From Sphagnum compactum (Eukaryota), in assembly GCA_965153455.1 (NCBI GenBank), contig OZ234493.1, forward strand, positions 19,892,213 through 19,956,212: DNA of 64,000 nucleotides, written 5' to 3'. The position numbers were made by a program, and so were the translations under genes. A model generated the notes under the pieces. That model made no database searches, was not told the DNA's origin, and was given only the letters and a program-made list of their open reading frames with translations. Position 1 is the first letter of the stretch; each line of letters opens with the position of its first letter. Shown here piece by piece: positions 37,081 to 50,354 of this stretch.

Positions 37081-40000
37081 CTTACCCACCCATTGTCATA
37101 CTTACTTGTGCACTTGTAAATTATGAACTTTAATTGATGAAATTATAACATAAAATGTAGGTATTGCAAATAACTCATTGTTATCTACTTTAATCTTATT
37201 CATACTTGTCATGATGACAAGCCACTAGCCCCAAATGTGGGTATTTTGATTGTAGGAATTTTTTAGCAGTAGTTTTAAACCTCCACCTTCACTTTGGACC
37301 ACTTAACACAAGATGTAACCAATTTAACTAAACAATAGGAATTCAATGTAATTAGGCAATAGGCTTGATAAATTTAGAGTTAAGGAATCATCAAACATTT
37401 ATGAATTTTTGCATTTTTTATATTAATTAAAATCAATTTTAAGTTGGATTTTTGGGGGAAATTTCATATACACATATTTGCAAGAAGATTCATTTTATCT
37501 CTTTTGAAGCTGAGTGGAGTAGGTCTCAAGTTGGGCACTCAAGTTAGAGAGATCACAATAAAGGTAAAAGAATAAACTCTAATTTCATTCATTTACTTTT
37601 ATCATTTCATTATGTTTCAAGTTTAATTCATCATTCATTCCTAGAAGATTATTTTGTCTGGCATTTGTATATGTTTATATAATTATTCATTTTTAGGACA
37701 TCTACCATTAAAATTGTTTAGGTTTAGATAATTATCTTGGGGTAATTAGCTTTAAACTCTAGGGCTAATTCTTCCATTCATTAAGTTTTTCATTTGATTA
37801 ATTTTGAAATTAAAATCATATCCATTTGGATATAATTTCTTGTTGATATAAATTTTCAGTATTTTTTATTTTAGAATTCAATTATAGTTTATAATTTTGT
37901 TTAACTATTCAATGAAATATCTCAAATATTCTTTGGACCATGTTATTTTGGATTCAAAAAAAAAGAAAAATGGAAACTCTTGGTGATAAAAAAACCACTA
38001 TAATTCCATGTTAATACAATTGAATATATAGGATTTCAGGGTAATTTCATTAAATGGTCAATATACAATTTAATGTTATTATTTACTTCTTGAATTACAA
38101 AATTCTGATATTGATATTTATTAATAGGTTTTATTCTATAATAGTTGACAATGTGTTTAGATATTATAATTTATGATATAAATATATTATATTATTAAGC
38201 CTTTTCAAAAAATTATAATTATATTTTAAATATTTTCTATTACATTTGGTCCATTAAATGCAATACTTGTGTAATCAAATCCTATCAAATCAAAGGGGGG
38301 CTTTTGGTGAGGTTACACAATACATTTTTATGTAAGGTTATTGTGGTAGTATTACATTATAAGAATAGTGATGTGACCACATTAACAATGATTGCAAATT
38401 TTCAATGATGCAAGTATTACAAATTAAGGATTGAAAAAAAATGGGGCATGCCCATAGTCGATGTTTACACATAAAAATGAAGGTATTACTATTTTATTTT
38501 TTAATTTAACCCATCTATAGTGAATTGAAAAATGCTTGTGGAATATGACATAGGGTGATAAGGCAAAGATATTACAAATTGGGATTTGAAAAATAAAAAT
38601 TTGTGGAAAGTTACAAAATTGTATTAAAAATTGAACATGATATGAAAACAAATTAAAAAAATTCCCATTGCAAATTAAGCTATAATGGCCTAACATTATC
38701 CTTTAAGGTGCATCTTCATTCAAGAAGAGTCATTAAAAATGCCCACATTTTTTTGATAATTTGTCGCAATTTATACGACCTTTGTTGCATGGTGATGGGT
38801 GAAAAGTTGTTGATGTTGAATTGCAAGCCAAACCACATTTGCTGCAAAGGCCTCCTTTGTGGTATTTCAAAGCCTAGTGATTAAAAACAATTAGTGTTAT
38901 GATTCAAATGCACAATGGAAAAACAATATTGAAAAAAACATGTTTGTAAATTTACTAGCCATGAATCATTTCCAATTCTTATTACTTACACATGGCTTGT
39001 ATTTCTTTTTTTCAATCCAACTTGGTGGATTTGGAATTCCAATTGTAGGCATCCCATGCGAGCCTAAATGGCTTTGCATTACCAACGTTATTCAATGGAA
39101 TTATTTTGGCAAGCTCATCATCCTATTCAATTTGTGAGAAAACGTTATGTGGGATATACCCCACCTCCCACATGGGCATGCCAATGATGTGTAACAATCT
39201 ATCAAAGGCTAATCTTACTAATGAAGGTCAATGAACCTCTTTAAAGTGTTACACTTTAATTCCAAGTTGATTTCATGCATTTAGTTTCAACTTTCTTTTT
39301 AATTTGATCAATTTTCTTCTTTTCATTACAAGTTTGCCATGCTTATGAATTGCACAAAATGCAAGTATTCATGGTTTGATTTGGCCAAGAATAAAAATCT
39401 AGCCAAAAAACAAAGAAGTTTTATCAAGAAATAAAGGTTTAACCATGAAAGTTTTAAATTTTTGTTTAAAAATAAAAAGGTTTTGTGGAAACGTAAAGGT
39501 TTAACTAAGAAGAAATAAAAGTTTCACAAAAAGGTAATGGTTTAATTTTTTTTTTAAATGTTTGGCCGAAAGGCAAAAGTTTAAACAAGAAAATATAGAG
39601 TTACCAAGTAATGAAGGTTTAAATAGGAAGAAAAAAGGTTTTGCTAAAAGGTAGAGGTTTAGCCAATAAAATATATATGTCTTTTCAAAAAGTAAAGGTT
39701 TAACTAATAAACAAAGAGGTTTTTTTGAAAGGTAGAGGTTTAACCAAATATATATTTTGTTGAAGGTTAGAGATATAATTAAAAAGATATCGAGGTTTTG
39801 TTTATATATATAAACGTTTTGCAAGAGAGTAGAAATGTTTTTCAATTTATAAAATTTTATTAAGAAAACAACTATTTAATTAACTAGGACAATATAAAAA
39901 ATTCACCAAGAAATAGAGGTTTAATCGAGGTAAAAAGGTTTTGCCAAGATATAAAGGTTTAGCTAGGAATGGGGAGGGTGATTATAGGCTTGAAATGTAG

Positions 40001-42375
40001 AGATAAATGGGTGGGGTGTAGGTAGGTAGATGGACATGATAGGTAGGTAACTTGGATGGGCAAGGTGGGTAGATGGGCCAATTTTTTTTATGAGGAGGTA
40101 GGCGAGAAAAAAAAATGACCCAACCTCAATGCTTACATCAAGTCTATTAACTTTGATGGGTTCATGTTCATAAAAAATGGAACTAATGTAGTCATGGAGG
40201 TTGGGTCACTCAAGCCCTTTCGACTCCCACTCAATATGGGAATTCCTTATAATGTTGGTTTTTATGTTGGGATCAATGGAACTTCCTTGGTTTTTACCAA
40301 TGTTTTGTGGTTTTCACGTCTTGTTAATGATTTCCAATTCTAGGTTTTTGAAATTTTTAAAGTGAAAGAAGCTCTAACCTAGTTTTGAATTTTGGAAAGT
40401 TTTCATAATCACAAAACATTTGAATTTTATTCTTGAATATTTTTAGAGTAAAAAATATTTCCAATTCCAACTTTTTCATGAAATAACCGTTGATTTAAGG
40501 TAGGTTGTTCTTTTTTCTATTGTACATTATAACCAACCCTACCCTATCGTGGTAGGGTTGTATTTAGGATAGGGTAGGGTTATTAGTAATTCATTTTTCT
40601 ACTGCACATCATTACCATTCAAAGAACCTTATGGAGAAAATGTATGTTTGGTGACAACTACTTATTTCAACATGCAAGCTTGCCAAGGAAGTTTATGGAG
40701 GAAAATTTTTTATGGTTGTGTGAAGAAAAAATTTGACTTGTGAGTTAAAGAAGGAGAGGTAGAAATAAGAAGAAGCAAGTGAAGTGTTTGGTTTAACTTT
40801 TGGGCACAATGTAATCATTTTAATTTGTGGGTTGGAGTGTTATAATTTTGAAAGGTGTTTTTAGTGTTATTTTTTAAGGAACTTTGATTTTTGTTATAGA
40901 AAGGAAATAGGAAGGAAATCAATGAGATGGGAATACAGATGATGGGAAGAGGGGGAAGGATTGCAAATATAGTTTTGTCAATTGGATAGTTTATGGCAAA
41001 ACACAAAATTTGGGTTTTAGCACGTGAATGTGCATTGGATAGAACTATAAAGGTGGATGGTAGCAATAACTCAATTGCTTGATTTTGTGGACTATATGGA
41101 AACTCTTTGAATAATGCAAATCCTTTCTTTTTTTTAATGTTAATTTTAAAACATTTAGATGTGAAAAATGTTTAGGTGTGAAATGTGTGCTTGTAATGGT
41201 CTTGAGAAGGTTCAATAAATTCTCATTGTGCAATTAATCATTCCAACTCTTTGTAGGGTACATAGGTTACACATGGTGTGAATTGTGAATAAACTTTGGA
41301 TATTAAGTCTCAATTGTGTGTGACATTAATTAATATGTGCACAAACAAATATGCTAGGGCTAAAAAACTTTTGCATATTTTAGCAAAGCAAAATGGAAAG
41401 ATGGGAGGAGTGTTGTCATGGATGATTAGGAGATGTGAATGGTCAAAAGGGAAGCATATCCATCCCAATTTTTTTGTTTTTGATTCACGCTTCATTTTTT
41501 GGTGTTAGAATTTTGTTGTTGTGTTGTCTATTTTTGGCAAGAAAAGGACTAAGGAATCACTCCCTCTTGTTCTTTTTGGTCCTCTCTTTTCAAAATGAGA
41601 AATTGAGGTGTGAAATGGTATCTTTTCAAATTTTGAAGTCCCTATTGTTGTGTGGATAGAAAATGAACTACATGCCACCTACCCCTCTTTTTGGTATTAG
41701 AATTAGGTGAGCAAAATAAGTGTTGATAATACATGGGTGTTGTGAATATTGTCTATATCACCTATGAGCTTTACCCATCATAAAACATAGAAATAAAAAT
41801 TTTATGAACTTAAAAATATTATATTAGTGTTGCCAAAAACTATATTTGATTGACATATGAAATGATTTAAAAATGAGACCAATTCGATCATGTTTCATTA
41901 AAAAAAATTGTGGAAGAAAACTAACACCCATATTTGAAAATTGTGCAAATGCACAATGTTTATTTGTTGTGTGTGTATAAGATCCATTTGTAGCACATAT
42001 GGATCACATTGCACATCGTAGGAACTTTTAGGCCCAAGTACATGCATCATAATCTTTAATCACATCATTTACTGTTTTTGCACCAATAATCTTTTTGGAC
42101 ATTTCATCATTATTGCACTAAGTTTTGTTTTCATAACGAAAATCTTGAATTAAAAACACTCCTTGGAGTTTGCACATGAAATCTTGATCATAGATCTTGT
42201 GTTAGGAACCAAAAGTGTTCACATCAAAAACTATTTCAAATCTTGATATATCTTGTGTTAAGAACCAAGGGCACTCACATAAAAAAAATCTTCAATAGAA
42301 ACTCATAGACCAATAGAATCTCACTTCATCTACAACCTATTTTTGTTAAAAAAACTTCATGCCATAAACTCACAT

Positions 42376-42399
42376 TCACACACACACACACACACACAC
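42376..42399. repeat. (CA)n microsatellite
   Basis: Read directly. Confidence 0.9.
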
Positions 42400-43235
42400 G
42401 AAAATCATCCAGTGTTAAAAATTTCCACATGAGGAACATTAATGGCAACATTTTTCCTTACAAGATATTATTCATGTTGGTTTTTGTTCTTTACTCATTC
42501 ATGTGCTCAATTTGTAGTAGAAACCTGAAACTCTTAAGTCCCCCATTGATCAATTACAAAAATCCTAGTACTAGATTCAACCAATTAGTAGTATTACTAA
42601 GTTAATACTATAGATTCTTCTAATTGGCCTAGTAGATGATCCATGGCCTTGTCATTTACATAATATTATAAGGCATTATGGATTGTTCATTCCTTGGACA
42701 TTCATTCAATATATTTTTTTTGGAAAAAAAAATTGGTTATTGGGAATAACAATTACCCGAACTACTTGGGACAATTTTAGTACTAAAGGTGTCCCAAGTA
42801 TTTGTTGTCCACATTTTTGAATCCTAGTTTTAATCTTACTTTGTCTAAACTTTCAAGGATGTGAATCATATTTAAACTAAAATCATCAACTTATTTTGCA
42901 TTTTGCATCACAATGGCTTATGAAGTTTGAAAGTATGTGAAAAACAATTAGCATATTGTATGTATTTGAAGGCCAAACCTTGTAAAATTCAACATGTGTT
43001 CTTCTTATGTTCACCTTTGATTTTTTAAACCCTAAAACCTTAAAACCTTACAAATTAAAACCCCAGTATTCACAATACATGAAAAAATTTGCACAACTTT
43101 TGTGTATATAATAAAAACAATTTGATGTTCATTACATTGATTAATTGAAATTTCATATTGGAATCTTGTATGTTCGTCAGTGTTGATGTTTTGATTTATA
43201 GATAATATGGTGGGATAGGGGATATCATTACAAAC

Positions 43236-44750
43236 ATGGGATGCTCATGTGACTTAGCATGGGATCATGTCATTGTGATTGTGACCTATATGGGTGTTGC
43301 ATAAAAAAATGGAAATGTAAAAACTATGAATAATTACACGCAAACGGTGCCATTAGAATCAAGGCTCATTTGACAAAGTTGAATTCAGATATCATTAGAT
43401 GTCCCAATCTCCTTGAGGAGGCCTTTACTTTGTTTTATTTGAAAGGGCATGGGAATAACATTTCTAGTGGGTCTATTACAAGGGAAAATCCTACACAATC
43501 TCAAAGTGTATGTTTTGAAATTCCACTATGTCAAACTTCCTTGTCTACATCTTGGTATTTTCTTTTGAAGCAAAAGGTGACACTTGATATTTGTAGTTAT
43601 TTTTACAAGAATAATATTTCATTCCATCTTTTTGACATTCCAACATGGAAGAATATGATCAACTTTGTTGCAAAAATCGAAACAAAGGACTATATAGGAC
43701 CTTCACGAAAGCAACTATGTATAACATTTTTATAAGAAAATGTACAAAATGCCATGAATGACCTTGAACCTTTCAAGTCATTTTGGAAAAAATACAATTG
43801 TATGATTGTCACAAATGAATGGAATGATATGAAGAAAAGAGTAGTCATAAACATTTTGGTTTTTTTTTATAAAGGGTCCATATTTTTGGATGCCATTAAC
43901 ACATTGGATATTCTTGGAGCTCATTTGACAAGTGACCAAATTTTTTAGCACATAAAAAATGCCATTGAAATCATGGGGTTGGACAATGTGATGTAGATTG
44001 TAAATAATGCAACAAATTGCAAAAGGATGGGAAACTAACATTGACATAATACCCAAAAGTTGTTTGGACTTTGTGTGTAGGACATTAGGAGATTACAAAG
44101 GGTGAAAAAGATTCTTGACAAAGAAAAATATGTTATTTAGGTTTGGTTTTAAAAAACCTAAGATTTTGCAAATCTACTGATTTTTTCAAAACCTTAAACT
44201 TCATAAATTTGCCCAAAAAAAATGCCTGCATGAGTTTCTTAAGAATTGTTATTTACTCAAGAAATAACAATTCTTAAGAAACTCATGTTGACGCTTGTGT
44301 AATGTAGGGAGAAGTTTGGGAGACATGTTCCCAAACTATAACCATTTCCTTTACACATTTTGTCACAAGATTGTAGTTCGTGCATTTGTGAATGGAATTA
44401 GAACATTTTTTATCTTGTTTAGACAAAAAGGCATAATAGGTTGGGATCCAAATGAAGAAATTAATATTTGTTCAAGCTAGTTTGTGAGTGGTTGAAGGTT
44501 TAGTTGATGGTCATCCATTGAAAAAACTCAATCAACACAAGATTGATCTCACCAAGGTCCATGACATGCCTACACAAGAAGTGAGAAACATGGATATTAT
44601 GTCTCCTTACAGAAGAGGTTTTACCAAAACCACAATGGCCAAAGAAGGAATGGTGTCATCAAAAAACTATTTCACTTGCAATTTTAAAGGTTTAAGGTTG
44701 ATCTATATTGGAACATTATTCTAAATTTTTGAAAAATGGAAGTGGAGGCG
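43236..44750 (+). pseudogene. hAT-superfamily transposase relic (BED finger + DUF659)
   Basis: MGCSCDLAWDHV...KWKCK...GAIRIKAHL (BED-like), ICSYFYKNNISFHL...WKNMINFVA...YIGPSRKQLCITFL, FWKKYNCMIVTNEWNDMKKRVVINILVF..KGSIFLDAIN, and AIEIMGLDNV..IVNNATNCK, matching DUF659 hAT proteins. Many stops and frameshifts. Confidence 0.8.
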
Positions 44751-46834
44751 ACAACAAACCAAAGGAAGAAACATTTCAAAAGGAAATTAATGTTGATTCT
44801 AAGAGGAGCATCAAATGTGATCCTAATTTGGAATCTTGATTGATTGTCACTAAAAAAATGAAATGAATAATTTTAAATCAATCGTTTTACTTTTTGATTT
44901 CATAGCATTTAATTATCTATAGATGGTCAACTTTGTACTTTGACTTCATGAAAATAATTTTTTGCAAAAAAATTTCAAAACAATTTTTTTTCAAAGCATT
45001 TGACGACTTCTTTTTTAGGTCTTATTATGTTTCTTTCATGTTTTTTGAAACAATTTTAAGCATTTTTTGAAACTTTGTCTCAAAACAATCCTTGCAACAT
45101 TATATTAAGTTGCATTTTGTAGGATGGGGAGGGTTCTTATGCCTAGTATACTTATAAGTGTAACATCCTTCCCATTCTTAAGGAGTAGGTGTAAGATCCC
45201 TCCTTTTTCTTAGAGGGATATTTCCTTTATATATAAGGTTTGTTCTAACTAGAGTAGCAAAAGTTTCCAAGTGTTTTTTTGATAGGTCGTTTGTTTGAAT
45301 GTGGTCCCAAATTGTGGAGCCCTTTGCTTGGCTTGAATGAGGTGATGTGCACGTCATTTTCAGACCAATGTAACAAAAGTTATTGAATTTAAAATGATTT
45401 TCATCTCTGGAAAATAATTTAAATTTTAAAAAACAATATAATTTAGCAAGGTTTCATAAGAACTGTCTGAAATTGAGCCCACTTCCTTCCACCCTAATAG
45501 TATTGGGATGGGTGAACCTTAGGGGATGTTTAATACACTTGGGCCAAAGGCAAGGGCCCACTAGTCATCATGAAATATGTAGAATATGTGTTGTAACATG
45601 AACATGTGCAGAATGTTGATGGGCCAAAAGCAAAATATTGCTTTCATTTGCTTTGAATTATGTAGGTTCATATTTGCCTAGATGTACTTTACACTTCAAA
45701 AAGGTTTCAAATGGAAACCCACAATTTATTGCAGATGCTATATCATAGTTTTTAGTCATTTACAATGGGCCCATATGGGGCTTGTTGCAGTTTCTTTCCT
45801 TGTCTTCAATTTGATGGAAGGTATCAAAGGTCATTAGCTACTAGCTAGCCTTTTCATACCAAGGGGACCTTTTGACCAGCATTCACTAGCCCAAATCTTA
45901 TTGGATGGAATTTATTTTTTTAAATATCTTTTTAAATATGAAAAAATATTTTTTTCATGGAAGATACAAAGTTACTTCATGGAAGTTACAAAGTCACATA
46001 TTCACTAGCCAAAATTTTGATTGGATGGAATTTATTAAAAGATCATTCTCCACTTCATGTTCTATTGGAAGTTTAATTCCATTTGAATAACAATGGCCAG
46101 CACCAAGTCCCAAACCGATCTTGAGGTTGATTTGAACCGTAGTGGGGCCAAACATACTAAACACTAGCATTAAATTCACAACAAACTCCGTTGACAAGCC
46201 CCTTGAGATTGGGATATAGTTATTTAATAAAATCTTCAATTCAATGCAGCCCCTTAGAAAAGGCCACTTGGGTGAATTTTATTGAGACCCACATTTTTTT
46301 TGTGCTCACTATAAATTTTGAAGCTAGGGCCAATCTATTGTTACTTTTGCCTAGAGTAGGCTACTGGGAACATTCTAGAAGAGGACAAAATGGTAGTTGT
46401 TGTTGTTGTCGTCTTATTGTTGGCAATAGAGTTGAACATATTACAAGAGGACAAATAAGATCATTATTGCTTGGGGTTGTTGAGGCCTATGAGAGGAGTC
46501 AATCCCAATGGAGGGTTCCATCCACTTTTAGCCTAAGTCTGTACAAGACTTTCCAAACTACCCAACACACACTTTTAAAAAATTCACATCAGATTTGCAA
46601 AAAACTGGTATCACAAACTTAACAGATTTTTATGTTGTGAGATAAGTTTAATCAAAAGAAAATTGTTAGGGTTATTGTTAGGGTTTAATTCAAAATACTT
46701 CAATTGACAACTTTATATTGATTGTCAAATATTTTCTTATCGTGCTAAACAATTGAATTTGTACCCAGCCATTGCTACTTGCTACTTAGGAATTGATTAT
46801 TGTATATTAGCAGTCCAAGTCTAAGTAGTCGAAA

Positions 46835-46982
46835 GGTGCTTTCACACTTGGTGTTGAGGACTCTAGTATTGAGTCCCCAAACACCAAGCTAGTCATTTAG
46901 GACCTAAACTTATTTACCATGAAGCTTTTATGTTCACTTAATATTAAACAATCACCCATTTAACATTAGGTGTGAATGCACC
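46835..46982. mobile_element. Tourist-like MITE, copy 2 (148 bp, internal deletion)
   Basis: GGTGCtTTCACAC...GTGTGAATGCACC followed by TAA; internal ggactctag..gagtcccc..catttaggac.taaac homologous to copy 1. Confidence 0.75.
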
Positions 46983-48776
46983 TAAGTTGTATGCTTACAT
47001 GATATGCTGCGCTTCTTAAGGTTGAGGAAGTTCTCATACTTGAGAGCTGTAGTTATAACTCCTGCACACAGAGTAAATTCATAGTCAGGGTATCAGGGTT
47101 TAGGGAACCCTACTTTGACAGTGAAATTTATATTGGGAGGCTTTGGATTTTTCAAAAACATTGATATGTGATACACTTTGAAGGTTGCATTGATTTTTCT
47201 GTTTAATTTGTGTAGGGTAAAAGCCTGCGGGCATGGGCATTTCTGAAATTAGGGCGTGCAAGGCAAGAGCCAATCTCTGGCCTGGCTCTGGTCTTGAGCA
47301 AGCCCAATTTTGGTAATGCTCTTGCCTGTGACCTTTAGACTCCCTCCACTTCTCAGATTCAAGTTGAAAGCCATTTGATCCAAACCAGTTAGCTATCTGG
47401 AGAGGACACAGAAGGCTTTCTGGTCTTGTACTCAGGAGTGAGAGTACAAACTTTAAGAGCACAAACATTATTCATCATAACTCCATTCAGGTCATGCATA
47501 GGTGAAAAGAATTTCATGGTATTTTCTTCTCCACAGGGCCCATTTTTATAGCAATGTATTTTTTCTTTGCTCATCATCTTCACAAGATTGTTGCAAATGA
47601 ACAGCTAAGGAGTCAGGATAGAGAGAAAATAAGACAACCCAGCAAAGGCTTCTCCATGTATGACAGAATTGATAGTTGCTAGAATGCACCCATTCCTCTC
47701 CAGCACTGGACCAGATCCATCCATGTTCAAATCTCACCCCTCTGTTCTCATCTCCCATTTCTCTTCCCTTATATCCATGAATTCTCACTTTAAACACCAC
47801 AGGCCAAAGCAGTGATAGCTATGCTGTATCTGCTCTCTCAGCCAAACAAGCTGATCATCCTCCTCCCCGTGACTAAAGCACGCATAAGCATTCCAACATG
47901 ATTCTATAGCCCTTGGCCTGGTGGAGTTTCCCAAAAGTTTGCTGAGACACAGCTACAGACTAGGGTAAGAATACCATACCCAATCTGCAAACCAGCACAT
48001 GCCATGCAAGAAGAGACTGGACAAAAAGTAGTACATCCTGCCCTAGCCTGAGAGACACACCGAAAAGATAGACAGAGATACAGAGACAGCCATAGATAGC
48101 ATTCTAGGAGTATAATCAATGACAAGGCTGCTGCTGCAGCCAACTTTACCAGATCTGGATGGCAGAAGCCAATTTGCTAGGAGCCATTTGGGCCTGGAAG
48201 ACCACCCAAAAATACGATACAACACATGAAGTGATCAATATATATACTAGTAATAACAAACTAGGTGATACTTCCCAGACTCCATGGTATTTGTACCTGA
48301 CAAAGCAAGAAAAGGTGCCCAATGGAAGAATGATGGCAGTGGCTTTAACCATCCAAGATCTACAGCCCTATAAATGCACACAGCCAATCCCAACAGATTC
48401 CTCCTTCCAGCATGGCATGTGCTGGTTTGCAGAATGTAGTACACATCTGTGTCCAACTCCTTATAATGACTTCCTAAGAACCTGAAACCTGAGAACAAAT
48501 CAGAAAAGTTTTGCAGACCTAAACTGCTAAGAAAGAAAGATAGAACTCAAATGGTGGAGCATAACCCTGATGCTGAGAACACCAACACATCAAGCCAACC
48601 TAAAATCTCCATCTATGCTTCCCATCTGAGCTGCTGCAGGGCTCTCTATCTATATCAACTTTGGACAATCTCTTCAATCGTACATATAATCATGTTTTCT
48701 CCAAACAGAGACCTTCTTGATCACAAAGGTGACACTAAGCGAGAAATTGTTGGAGTCTCATTGCTGATGCTGCCTG

Positions 48777-50354
48777 TTATCTCTTTGAGTACAAGGGTGG
48801 ATTCACCGATCCATCTCTGAACAATCTCACACTGAGACTGTTGAATCGATCCCTAGAGTACTGTCTAGAGGCTTTCCTCCAATCGGTACCTCTTCGCATC
48901 ATAGCAGCAAACTCATCAAAGCTTATGCGGCCATCCCTGTCAGTATCCACTTCCTCTAAAATGGCATTGATGACGCTCATCTCATCGGACACCAAATGGT
49001 CACCTATTGCTGCTCTGAGCTCATCCATCTCAATGTATCCACTGCCATTTGCATCAAATTGGGCAAAAGCTTTATGCAAGTGGTCATCATTGTCTAGCCG
49101 TTGAAGGTGAATTGTTGCTGCAACAAACTCTCCATAGTCCAAGGTACCATTGCCATCAACATCTGCTGCATCCATCAGCATTCGCACTTCTGCCTCCGTC
49201 AGATGAGAACCAATCTGAATCAAGCCAGCTTTCAACTTCTCAAATGTGATGGCACCTGTATTGTCAGTGTCCATCATCTGAAACATGTCCCTCAACCCAT
49301 CTATTTCATCACCATCCAGGTGCTCCGCAATGATTTGCAAGGCCTTCCTCTTGAGCTTGTTCATGGCAGCAAACTGCTTCAATCTTGACCTCACGGCATC
49401 GAGTGGAACATTGGAATTTTTCTTTGCATTTTGAAGCCACGGATGGTCCAGAACCTGCTGAGCATTGTATCGAGCTTTCGGATCTGGTTCCAGCATGTGG
49501 CGAACTAGGGATTTGGCTGTTTCAGAAACCTTGGGCCATGGTTCCCTCTTGAAATCCAGAATTCCTCTCAAAATCGCTTGTGCAACTCCTTGCTCTGTTT
49601 CAGCCCAGAATGGGGGAACACCGCAAAGCAAAATGTAAAGAATAACACCCGCACTCCATACATCAACCTCAGGCCCATAGTTCCGCTTCAATACCTCAGG
49701 TGCCATGTAGTAGGGACTTCCAACAATCTCAGAGAATCTCTCCCCAGGCTTGAAGAAAACAGAGAGTCCAAAATCAATGGCCTTGAGAGGAGAATTTTCG
49801 TTGCCATTGGCAAACAAGAAGTTCTCAGGCTTTAGGTCTCGATGCATCACTCCCTTGATGTGACAAAGCTGTACAACTTCCACAATTGTGCGTGTGACTA
49901 CAGCAGCGGCTCGCTCTGTGTAATGACCTCGGGCAATGATGCGGTCAAAAAGCTCACCGCCTTCACAAAGCTCCATCACCAGATGCACAGCTTGATCATC
50001 TTCGTACGCACCTTTTAGGGTAACGATGTTGGCATGTTTTGGCAAGTGTCCCATTATGGCAACCTCCCGTCGCACATCTTCCACATCCACAGCAGTCCTG
50101 AGCTTGCGTTTGGAGATGGATTTGCAGGCGTAAACCTCTTGGCTCTCCTTGTCTACGCACAAATAGGTGATGCCGAATTCCCCTCGTCCAAGCTCCCTTC
50201 CCAACATATACTTGTCCGCTATGCTCACTTTCGGCTGGTTTCTCAGAATCTGGTTCCCGGAGACCTGATATCCATCCTGCGCAAAAGGATTGCTCTTCTT
50301 CTCCTTCTTGGGCTTCGGCGCTGCTGAAGAAGCTCCTACACAACAGTTTCCCAT
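48777..50354 (-). CDS. CPK: Calcium-dependent protein kinase (CDPK/CPK, group III-like), 525 aa, single coding exon
   Basis: Uninterrupted ORF with MGNCC N-terminus (myristoylation/palmitoylation signature), kinase motifs [27 protein letters not shown] and GSPYYMAPE, junction [16 protein letters not shown], four EF-hand loops, and the C-terminal [11 protein letters not shown] typical of the CPK7/8/10/13/30/32 group. Confidence 0.97.
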   Translation of the reverse strand: MGNCCVGASSAAPKPKKEKKSNPFAQDGYQVSGNQILRNQPKVSIADKYMLGRELGRGEFGITYLCVDKESQEVYACKSISKRKLRTAVDVEDVRREVAIMGHLPKHANIVTLKGAYEDDQAVHLVMELCEGGELFDRIIARGHYTERAAAVVTRTIVEVVQLCHIKGVMHRDLKPENFLFANGNENSPLKAIDFGLSVFFKPGERFSEIVGSPYYMAPEVLKRNYGPEVDVWSAGVILYILLCGVPPFWAETEQGVAQAILRGILDFKREPWPKVSETAKSLVRHMLEPDPKARYNAQQVLDHPWLQNAKKNSNVPLDAVRSRLKQFAAMNKLKRKALQIIAEHLDGDEIDGLRDMFQMMDTDNTGAITFEKLKAGLIQIGSHLTEAEVRMLMDAADVDGNGTLDYGEFVAATIHLQRLDNDDHLHKAFAQFDANGSGYIEMDELRAAIGDHLVSDEMSVINAILEEVDTDRDGRISFDEFAAMMRRGTDWRKASRQYSRDRFNSLSVRLFRDGSVNPPLYSKR

